DNA of 20,990 nt, from IMG/VR virus record IMGVR_UViG_2939121850_000005; one strand, given 5' to 3'. The position numbers and the translations under genes are program-made. Below, one piece after another: positions 1-7,735 of this stretch. Below the pieces are notes generated by a model. The model was not told the origin of the DNA. It saw only the letters and a program-made list of their open reading frames with translations, and searched no databases. Origin of the DNA: a virus (lineage: Duplodnaviria; Heunggongvirae; Uroviricota; Caudoviricetes). Each line of letters starts with the position of its first letter. The first letter of the stretch is position 1.

Positions 1-258
1 ATGCAAACCGTTATTTTTGGTCGTTCGGGTTGCCCTTACTGTGTGCGTGCAAAAGATCTGGCTGAGAAATTGAGCAATGAACGCGATGATTTTCAGTATC
101 AGTATGTAGATATTCGTGCGGAAGGGATCACTAAAGAAGATCTACAACAAAAGGCAGGTAAACCCGTAGAAACCGTGCCGCAGATTTTTGTCGATCAGCA
201 ACATATCGGCGGCTATACCGATTTTGCTGCATGGGTGAAAGAAAATCTGGACGCCTGA
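1..258 (+). CDS. grxA: Glutaredoxin 1
   Basis: 85-aa ORF with ATG at position 1; CPYC redox motif (GCPYCVRAK); length matches E. coli GrxA; followed by a hairpin. Confidence 0.93.
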   Translation: MQTVIFGRSGCPYCVRAKDLAEKLSNERDDFQYQYVDIRAEGITKEDLQQKAGKPVETVPQIFVDQQHIGGYTDFAAWVKENLDA

Positions 259-266
259 TCGTCTGA

Positions 267-300
267 CAAGCCCTCGCGTTGAGGGCTTTACTGATTTTTT
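267..300 (+). terminator. Intrinsic terminator-like hairpin between convergent grxA and ybjM
   Basis: Inverted repeat aagccctc-gcgt-tgagggctt followed by a T-rich stretch ending in TTTTTT; overlaps the ybjM stop. Confidence 0.5.
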
Positions 301-665
301 CTGTGCTGTGGTTTAAACAAACTACTGATAAATAAGAAACACAGTGCCCCCAGCGCACACCAGAACACCGCGCTTAGTAACCATGCCAGCTCTTGCCAGA
401 ATGAGCGCGTCGGTGAAAAAAACAGCCGCATAATGAGCATCGAACAGGGTGCCGCCAGCATTGCGCCAAACAGAGGTTTCAGGACTTCTCTACGCTGTGA
501 AAAGAAGCTGGCGACTGCTCCAGGAAGAATGAAAAATAGCAAGCCGATTTCAGGATGCCCGGCAGCCCGAAAAGCGCCTTTCATGTGCGTCGCCAGAAAA
601 AGGCACACCACAATGAAGAGGACAAAACAGCAGATTGCCCCCGCCCAACGTTGTTTATGTTTCAC
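288..665 (-). CDS. ybjM: Inner membrane protein YbjM
   Basis: 125-aa hydrophobic ORF with several predicted TM segments; the conserved position between grxA and ybjL and the length fit E. coli YbjM. Confidence 0.85.
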   Translation of the reverse strand: MKHKQRWAGAICCFVLFIVVCLFLATHMKGAFRAAGHPEIGLLFFILPGAVASFFSQRREVLKPLFGAMLAAPCSMLIMRLFFSPTRSFWQELAWLLSAVFWCALGALCFLFISSLFKPQHRKNQ

Positions 666-934
666 TCGTTCCTCCTGACACTGCGTCTATCGAACACATT
701 TTTCGCCAGTGTGGCGTTCAGTAAGATAAAGCCGCTTCGCATTCCATGCTAATATAGGCCAACGCAATTCATATAGCCGTTGATACCTAATGTGATTACA
801 CTAGTAAAATATATTGTTACTTTACTATCGTTTAGGTGCGCTGAATGAATCTGCGCCCTGAATTCTGGTAAAAAACATTATCGTAAATTACCATTTCTTT
901 CAACAGCTTACTAGTAAACAAGAAGTTAGCCTCC

Positions 935-2620
935 GTGAATATAAACGTCGCCGAATTGTTAAATGGGAATTACATTCTGTTATTATTTGTGGTCCTCGCG
1001 CTTGGGCTATGTCTCGGAAAGTTACGACTTGGTTCGATCCAACTGGGTAATTCCATTGGCGTTTTAGTCGTATCGCTGTTATTAGGCCAACAACATTTCA
1101 GCATTAACACCGATGCGCTTAATCTTGGCTTTATGCTGTTTATTTTCTGCGTCGGGGTCGAAGCCGGACCGAACTTTTTTTCCATTTTTTTTCGCGATGG
1201 GAAAAATTACCTAATGTTAGCACTGGTGATGGTTGGCAGTGCGCTGGTGATCGCCTTAGGGTTAGGTAAGCTGTTTGGCTGGGATATTGGCCTGACGGCC
1301 GGTATGTTAGCAGGCTCTATGACGTCGACACCGGTTCTGGTCGGTGCTGGCGATACACTGCGTCATTCCGGCATGGAAAGCAGGCAGCTCTCACTGGCAC
1401 TGGATAATCTGAGCCTCGGGTATGCCTTAACCTATTTAATCGGTCTGGTGAGTTTGATTGTTGGTGCGCGTTACTTGCCGAAATTGCAGCATCAGGACTT
1501 ACAGACCAGCGCCCAGCAAATCGCCCGCGAACGTGGCCTGGACACTGATGCCAACCGTAAGGTTTATTTACCGGTGATCCGCGCCTATCGCGTCGGCCCG
1601 GAACTGGTGGCCTGGACCGACGGCAAAAATCTGCGTGAACTGGGTATTTATCGACAAACCGGCTGCTACATTGAACGTATTCGACGTAACGGGATTCTGG
1701 CAAATCCAGACGGTGATGCCGTGCTACAAATGGGCGATGAAATAGCGTTGGTAGGCTATCCCGACGCCCATGCCCGACTCGATCCCAGCTTCCGTAACGG
1801 TAAAGAAGTTTTCGATCGTGACCTTCTCGACATGCGTATCGTCACTGAAGAAGTGGTCGTTAAAAACCATAACGCTGTAGGTAAACGTCTCGCACAACTG
1901 AAGTTGACCGATCACGGTTGCTTCCTTAACCGCGTCATTCGTAGCCAGATTGAGATGCCGATAGATGACAACGTCGTGCTTAACAAAGGTGACGTTTTAC
2001 AAGTCAGCGGCGATGCCCGCCGCGTAAAAACCATCGCCGATCGCATCGGCTTTATCTCGATTCACAGCCAGGTCACTGACCTGCTGGCATTCTGCGCCTT
2101 CTTTGTTATTGGGCTGATGATCGGGATGATCACCTTCCAGTTCAGCACATTCAGTTTCGGCATGGGGAACGCTGCCGGGTTGTTATTCGCCGGAATTATG
2201 CTGGGCTTTATGCGTGCTAACCACCCGACCTTCGGTTACATTCCGCAAGGTGCATTAAGCATGGTGAAAGAGTTCGGCTTGATGGTGTTTATGGCAGGCG
2301 TTGGTCTGAGCGCCGGTAGCGGTATTAATAACGGCCTGGGCGCGATTGGCGGTCAGATGTTGATTGCCGGATTAATTGTCAGTCTTGTGCCCGTGGTTAT
2401 CTGTTTCTTGTTCGGTGCTTATGTATTGCGAATGAACCGCGCACTGTTGTTCGGCGCAATGATGGGCGCACGCACCTGCGCGCCGGCAATGGAGATCATC
2501 AGTGATACAGCTCGCAGTAACATCCCTGCGCTGGGCTATGCGGGCACCTACGCAATCGCCAACGTCCTGCTGACGCTGGCAGGGACAATCATCGTCATGG
2601 TATGGCCAGGATTAGGATAA
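935..2620 (+). CDS. ybjL: Putative transporter YbjL (aspartate:alanine exchanger family)
   Basis: 561-aa ORF with a GTG start; two membrane domains flanking central soluble repeats; length and synteny match E. coli YbjL. Confidence 0.9.
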
Positions 2621-2732
2621 AACTGAAGTTGCCCTGAAAATGAAATTTTTTTGCACAACCGCAGAACTTTTCCGCAGGGCATCAGTCTTAATTAGTGCCA
2701 CTGCTTTTCTTTGATGTCCCCATTTTGTGGAG

Positions 2733-2775
2733 CCCATCAACCCCGCCATTTCGGTTCAAGGTTGATGGGTTTTTT
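2733..2775 (+). terminator. Intrinsic terminator downstream of ybjL
   Basis: 10-bp stem cccatcaacc / ggttgatggg followed by TTTTTT; probably the last host sequence before the prophage junction. Confidence 0.55.
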
Positions 2776-2855
2776 GTTGCCTGAAATTTAAGCTGTTTAA
2801 AATCATGATGTTAGAAAAACTGTTTTTTAACGATGGCGACAAAATGGCGGCGGCG

Positions 2856-3074
2856 TCAAAGAGAGAGCGCCACCTGTCCTGATTTAATTGGATGCGGCTG
2901 AACCGGATTTGACTCTTTTGGCGTTGCAATCGAACGAACAAAAGTTTCATGGGTAACAAAAGTATGGCTGCAGTTAATGTTCTGGCACTGGTTGTAACGC
3001 TCTTTGGTCAATGAAGATACCTGAAAACTGCTGCGAGTATGGGCGGCACTTCCACACAGTGGGCAAATCATCAT
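2856..3074 (-). CDS. ogr: Ogr/Delta-family zinc-finger late-gene activator
   Basis: 72 aa from the MMICPLCGS start (P2 Ogr is 72 aa); Cys pairs CPLC...CQNINC; GGGGAG about 10 nt upstream; lies at the prophage end as in P2. Confidence 0.8.
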   Translation of the reverse strand: MMICPLCGSAAHTRSSFQVSSLTKERYNQCQNINCSHTFVTHETFVRSIATPKESNPVQPHPIKSGQVALSL

Positions 3075-3255
3075 TTTTCGAGTTCTCCCCATTTTTGCTA
3101 AATTCACAATAATGATACCGCATTATTCCATTTTGCAAACTTAAAAGTTCTCCATTGCGAAGAATCATTCCATTTCGAAATCATCAATCCTCACTTCAAG
3201 CTCCAGACTGGTCGTAAAACCGTTATCCGGGCTGACGGTATGCGTCAGAGTCGTA

Positions 3256-4734
3256 ATGGTCCATTCCGCATCATCTAACGAAGCTGACTTAAACCCTAAC
3301 GTCGCCAACCGCAACAAAGGCCCGCGCCGTCAGCCGGAAAAGAATGTCTTCACCGATGAACAGATTGAGAAGCTGGAAGAAATCTTCCATTCCTCCATGT
3401 TCAACTACCAGCGCCACTGGTGGGAAGCCGGAAAAACCAACCGCATCCGCAACCTGCTGAAGTCACGCCAGATCGGCGCGACCTTTTACTTTGCCCGTGA
3501 AGCCCTGATTGACGCCCTGCTTACCGGACGTAACCAGATTTTCCTTTCCGCCAGTAAGGCACAGGCCCACGTCTTTAAGCAGTACATCATCGACTTCGCC
3601 AAAGAAGTGGATGTGGAACTGAAAGGCGATCCGATGGTGCTTCCTAACGGGGCCACGCTTTACTTCCTCGGCACCAATGCCCGCACGGCCCAGAGTTATC
3701 ACGGCAACCTGTATCTGGATGAATATTTCTGGATACCGAAATTTCAGGAGCTACGCAAAGTGGCTTCCGGTATGGCTATTCACAAGAAATGGCGGCAGAC
3801 CTATTTTTCCACACCATCCAGCCTGACCCACAGTGCTTATCCGTTCTGGTCCGGTGCGCTGTTCAACCGTGGACGCAACAAAGCCGACAAGGTGGACATT
3901 GATCTGTCCCACAGCAATCTGGCCCCCGGCCTGCTGTGCGCTGACGGGCAATACCGCCAGATAGTCACCGTGGAAGATGCGGTGCGCGGCGGCTGTAACC
4001 TGTTCGACCTTGACCAGTTGCGCATGGAATACAGCCCGGACGAATACCAGAACCTGCTGATGTGCGAGTTTGTGGACGATCTCGCGTCCGTGTTCCCGCT
4101 CAGCGAACTACAGGCGTGCATGGTGGACAGTTGGGAAGTCTGGACCGACTTTCATGCACTGGCGCTGCGCCCGTTTGGCTGGCGCGAAGTGTGGATCGGT
4201 TATGACCCGGCAAAAGGTACGCAGAACGGCGACAGCGCCGGATGCGTGGTGGTGGCACCGCCAGCCGTGCCGGGCGGTAAGTTCCGCATTCTTGAGCGTC
4301 ACCAGTGGCGCGGGATGGACTTCCGCGCCCAGGCTGACGCCATCAAAAAACTGACTGAACAGTACAACGTGACATACATCGGTATCGACTCAACCGGCGT
4401 CGGTCACGGGGTTTACGAGAACGTGAAAGCGTTTTTTCCTGCCGTCCGGGAGTTTGTCTACAACCCCAACGTTAAAAATGCCCTGGTACTCAAGGCCTAC
4501 GACATTATCAGTCACCGCCGTCTGGAGTTTGACGCCGGACACACCGACATAGCGCAGTCATTTATGGCAATTCGTCGCGCCACCACCGCCAGCGGCAACC
4601 GCCCGACCTATGAAGCCAGCCGCAGCGAAGAAGCCAGCCATGCCGATCTGGCGTGGGCAACAATGCACGCACTGTTTAACGAGCCGCTGCAGGGCGAGTC
4701 CGCCAATACCAGCAATATTGTGGAGATTTTTTGA
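3256..4734 (+). CDS. P: Terminase ATPase subunit (P2 gpP family), possibly N-terminally truncated
   Basis: 492-aa ORF; Walker-A-like KSRQIGATF and Walker-B-like LYLDEYFW, then a nuclease-like C-terminal half; about 100 aa shorter than P2 gpP as I recall it; stop overlaps the Q start. Confidence 0.75.
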   Translation: MVHSASSNEADLNPNVANRNKGPRRQPEKNVFTDEQIEKLEEIFHSSMFNYQRHWWEAGKTNRIRNLLKSRQIGATFYFAREALIDALLTGRNQIFLSASKAQAHVFKQYIIDFAKEVDVELKGDPMVLPNGATLYFLGTNARTAQSYHGNLYLDEYFWIPKFQELRKVASGMAIHKKWRQTYFSTPSSLTHSAYPFWSGALFNRGRNKADKVDIDLSHSNLAPGLLCADGQYRQIVTVEDAVRGGCNLFDLDQLRMEYSPDEYQNLLMCEFVDDLASVFPLSELQACMVDSWEVWTDFHALALRPFGWREVWIGYDPAKGTQNGDSAGCVVVAPPAVPGGKFRILERHQWRGMDFRAQADAIKKLTEQYNVTYIGIDSTGVGHGVYENVKAFFPAVREFVYNPNVKNALVLKAYDIISHRRLEFDAGHTDIAQSFMAIRRATTASGNRPTYEASRSEEASHADLAWATMHALFNEPLQGESANTSNIVEIF

Positions 4735-5762
4735 TGGGAAAGAGTAAGAAGAACCGCGCTGTGTCGACGAACCAGATTCAGCATAAAAGCCAGACTTCAG
4801 CCGAAGCATTCAGCTTTGGCGATCCCGTTCCTGTTCTGGACCGCCGCGAACTGCTGGACTATGTGGAATGCGTACAGACAGATCGCTGGTATGAGCCGCC
4901 AGTGAGTTTTGACGGACTGGCGCGAACCTTCCGCGCTGCCGTGCATCACAGTTCACCAATTGCGGTGAAATGCAACATTCTGACCAGTACCTACATCCCT
5001 CACCCGCTTCTCAGCCAGCAGGCTTTTTCACGTTTTGTGCAGGACTATCTGGTATTTGGTAACGCTTACCTGGAGAAACGCACGAACCGGTTCGGTGAAG
5101 TTATCGCCCTTGAGCCTGCTCTGGCAAAATACACCCGACGTGGGTTAGACCTGGATACCTACTGGTTTGTGCAATACGGTATGACAACCCAGCCGTATCA
5201 GTTCACGAAAGGCAGCATCTTTCATCTGATGGAACCGGATATCAACCAGGAGATCTACGGCCTGCCCGGTTATCTTTCTGCTATTCCGTCAGCCCTGCTC
5301 AACGAGTCCGCCACGTTGTTCCGCCGTAAGTATTACATTAACGGCAGCCATGCAGGCTTCATCATGTATATGACCGATGCCGCGCAAAACCAAGAGGATG
5401 TGAACAACCTCCGCAACGCGATGAAAAGCGCCAAAGGTCCGGGCAACTTCCGCAACCTGTTTATGTACTCGCCTAACGGCAAAAAGGACGGGCTTCAGAT
5501 TATCCCGTTGTCAGAGGTCGCAGCGAAGGATGAGTTTTTGAATATCAAGAACGTGAGCCGGGACGACATGATGGCGGCACACCGCGTGCCGCCGCAAATG
5601 ATGGGGATAATGCCGAATAATGTTGGGGGTTTTGGGGATGTGGAAAAGGCTAGTAAAGTCTTTGTCCGAAATGAATTAATTCCGTTACAAAAAAGGCTTA
5701 TAGAAATTAATACTTGGCTAAATGAAAAAATCATAGCATTTAATGATTACTCATTAAATTAG
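4734..5762 (+). CDS. Q: Portal protein (P2 gpQ family), 3' end recoded by AT-rich DNA
   Basis: ATG at 4734 overlaps the P stop (TGATG) with GGAGA upstream; 342 aa; base composition falls from about 53% to 27% GC near 5640 within the last 40 codons. Confidence 0.75.
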   Translation: MGKSKKNRAVSTNQIQHKSQTSAEAFSFGDPVPVLDRRELLDYVECVQTDRWYEPPVSFDGLARTFRAAVHHSSPIAVKCNILTSTYIPHPLLSQQAFSRFVQDYLVFGNAYLEKRTNRFGEVIALEPALAKYTRRGLDLDTYWFVQYGMTTQPYQFTKGSIFHLMEPDINQEIYGLPGYLSAIPSALLNESATLFRRKYYINGSHAGFIMYMTDAAQNQEDVNNLRNAMKSAKGPGNFRNLFMYSPNGKKDGLQIIPLSEVAAKDEFLNIKNVSRDDMMAAHRVPPQMMGIMPNNVGGFGDVEKASKVFVRNELIPLQKRLIEINTWLNEKIIAFNDYSLN

Positions 5763-5785
5763 ATAAAAAGGGGTTAATCACCCCT
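5763..5785 (-). terminator. Intrinsic terminator for the KAP NTPase gene
   Basis: Hairpin aggggt-taatc-acccct at 5769..5785, followed on the minus strand by TTTTTAT; lies directly between the convergent Q and KAP genes. Confidence 0.5.
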
Positions 5786-5792
5786 ATAAAAA

Positions 5793-7445
5793 TCACAAAA
5801 ATCGCCTTACACGCATTTTATTAATCGCAGATTCATCTCCAATTCTTATCAAGGCATCCCTTGCCTTTTTCCCTATACGATTCATTCTATCAGAACCATT
5901 ACTAAAATTTCCGAATTTAAGCGCCGTAGCTATTATTGAATCACCACCATCAAGAATGACATTTTTAAATAATTGATAGTAGTCATCTACTGAAGCAGCA
6001 TCCAATATTTCCTCATGTCTATCAGACCAACCATTCTGACCTGATAATTTCTTAAGAACATCATATATTGAACCATCAATATTTATAATCTTAGAATAGG
6101 CTTGAATTTTTGACAACAACTCAGTATCTCTTACGGGATGAACATTCACATAAATAGATTGAACATATTCCTTTAGAGCATCGTTACCATAATTAATAAA
6201 CTGTTCAATCAATTCACTCGCCTTAGCATTCTCTCCGAAATCCCTATATAGTCCGACAACATTATCTAAATCACTTGGAGTCACATATTTCATCCCATCA
6301 ACCACCGCTTGATATAGCTTGTCAACAACCTGATTTTGATTGTCATCAAATGAATTATGAAAGAACTGCCATGCCTCAGATAAGGATCCTCGTTTATTAT
6401 CACGCGTAATCTCCTCATTCCTTAGGCTTATTTGTCTTTGGAAACTGCTCTTATCAAGATAGCCATATCTAACCATATCAATAAGAACCTCATCAAGATC
6501 ATTCGTTTTTCTATATCCATATTTAAGCAAGGTATTAAGCCAGACTTTCTCATGGCCTTCTTCCTTGTCATTATAAGTATATATATTCCTCACTCCCCTA
6601 ATATATTCTAGTGATGGCACATCTCCCTCTGGAGAAAATCCGTAATGGCTCCAACAATACAGAGTTAATGAATGCGCAACTTCATTTGAAATTGTCTCAA
6701 CATCACCTATAATATTTGGTGTTAAGGACACGAAAAAACGTTCTATCTTTTTTAAGATTCGAATATTCTTGATACCTAAAGAAATGGAATATTTACTTAA
6801 CAAGTTATAAACATGAGAATCACCTTTATAGGCTATATCTGCGCATTCTTCTGGTGTTGGATTGTAAGTGATATCTCTATCAATGACCTTTTCTTTATAA
6901 GTAGAATAATCCTCCATACTAGCTGTGCCATTGTTAAGCAATAGAACCACCTTACAATCCTTCTGCTCTTTTAATAGAGATACTAGCCCTAAAACATCTT
7001 TAACATCTAAATTTTTGCCACGCCTTTCTAAGTCATCTATTACTACAATCATTTTAGAAACGGTCAGAAATGACATTGCTTCAAGTGTCGTAGAGAAGTT
7101 TTTTACAACAGGAACTTCTTTTAACAAACCTGCTGCTTTTCGAGAAAATGATTCAAAAAGTCCACTTGCGTTTGTTGTTGCTGTCTCCAAATCAGGTTTA
7201 TTTCCAATATATTCCTTTGTAATTGCATTCTCAAAAATAGAATACTTTAAAGAATCTAGTGAATTTATACCAAAAAGAGAGACATAACTATATCTATTAA
7301 ATGCAACCTTATCTTTATTATCTTTTAGGAACGTATTCCAAGTATAGGTTTTACCAATTCCCCATTCACCCTGTATAGCCATTACTTCTGGTTCTGTAGA
7401 TGAGATAAAATCTGACAACTGTTCTTTGATAAACTCTAAGGACAT
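5793..7445 (-). CDS. KAP-family P-loop NTPase (candidate defence cargo)
   Basis: 551 aa from the ATG at 7445 (GGAGAA upstream; the six-frame track extends it to 7637); Walker A GEWGIGKT (nt 7347..7370) and KAP-type VVIDDLERR motif; about 33% GC. Confidence 0.7.
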   Translation of the reverse strand: MSLEFIKEQLSDFISSTEPEVMAIQGEWGIGKTYTWNTFLKDNKDKVAFNRYSYVSLFGINSLDSLKYSIFENAITKEYIGNKPDLETATTNASGLFESFSRKAAGLLKEVPVVKNFSTTLEAMSFLTVSKMIVVIDDLERRGKNLDVKDVLGLVSLLKEQKDCKVVLLLNNGTASMEDYSTYKEKVIDRDITYNPTPEECADIAYKGDSHVYNLLSKYSISLGIKNIRILKKIERFFVSLTPNIIGDVETISNEVAHSLTLYCWSHYGFSPEGDVPSLEYIRGVRNIYTYNDKEEGHEKVWLNTLLKYGYRKTNDLDEVLIDMVRYGYLDKSSFQRQISLRNEEITRDNKRGSLSEAWQFFHNSFDDNQNQVVDKLYQAVVDGMKYVTPSDLDNVVGLYRDFGENAKASELIEQFINYGNDALKEYVQSIYVNVHPVRDTELLSKIQAYSKIINIDGSIYDVLKKLSGQNGWSDRHEEILDAASVDDYYQLFKNVILDGGDSIIATALKFGNFSNGSDRMNRIGKKARDALIRIGDESAINKMRVRRFL

Positions 7446-7573
7446 GTGTTTTCTCCTAGAAAGATAGCCCCGTATTATAACCCTAGAATTATAAAAGTAA
7501 TGAGCGCGCGCTCGTATCCCCGCCACGCCTGCCCGCTTTATGTAGTGTTTTTCATGCACCTGCATGACATAGG

Positions 7574-7599
7574 CAAAAGCCCGCCAGTTATGACGGGCC
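7574..7599 (-). terminator. Intrinsic terminator downstream of the 883-aa gene
   Basis: Stem gcccg / cgggc with a 10-nt loop at 7579..7598, followed on the minus strand by CTTTTG. Confidence 0.45.
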
Positions 7600-7735
7600 T
7601 CAGCATAAAAGATCCCTAAACGATCATGCGTTTTCATGCAGCATAGTTATGCAGGACTATCTATACATCGACAATCTCAGCTTGACCTCATCAGTCGACA
7701 TCAATCTATATGTCGAGTAACTTGACAGGAACCAT

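Noticed and set aside
433-752. Plus-strand ORFs 433..678 and 555..752 overlapping ybjM
   Set aside because: Antisense to ybjM with basic low-complexity translations; other antisense ORFs inside ybjL, P, Q, dam and the transposase were rejected for the same reason.
2733-2775. Possible tRNA fragment marking the attachment site
   Set aside because: The hairpin has no acceptor-stem or T-loop features; a 10-bp stem followed by T6 fits an intrinsic terminator for ybjL.
2756-3168. ORFs 2756..2959 and 2974..3168 on the minus strand
   Set aside because: They overlap the ogr gene or the junction out of frame, and their translations are low-complexity; the ogr call explains the region.
5763-5792. cos site between portal Q and the cargo
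   Set aside because: Only an AT-rich hairpin is present; I could find no GC-rich cohesive-end-like sequence.
7446-7637. N-terminal extension of the KAP ORF (614-aa version in the six-frame track)
   Set aside because: No stop happens to occur in frame, but the extension crosses the terminator hairpin and promoter-like elements and has non-protein-like composition. The ATG at 7445 has a GGAGAA site and is followed immediately by the Walker A motif.
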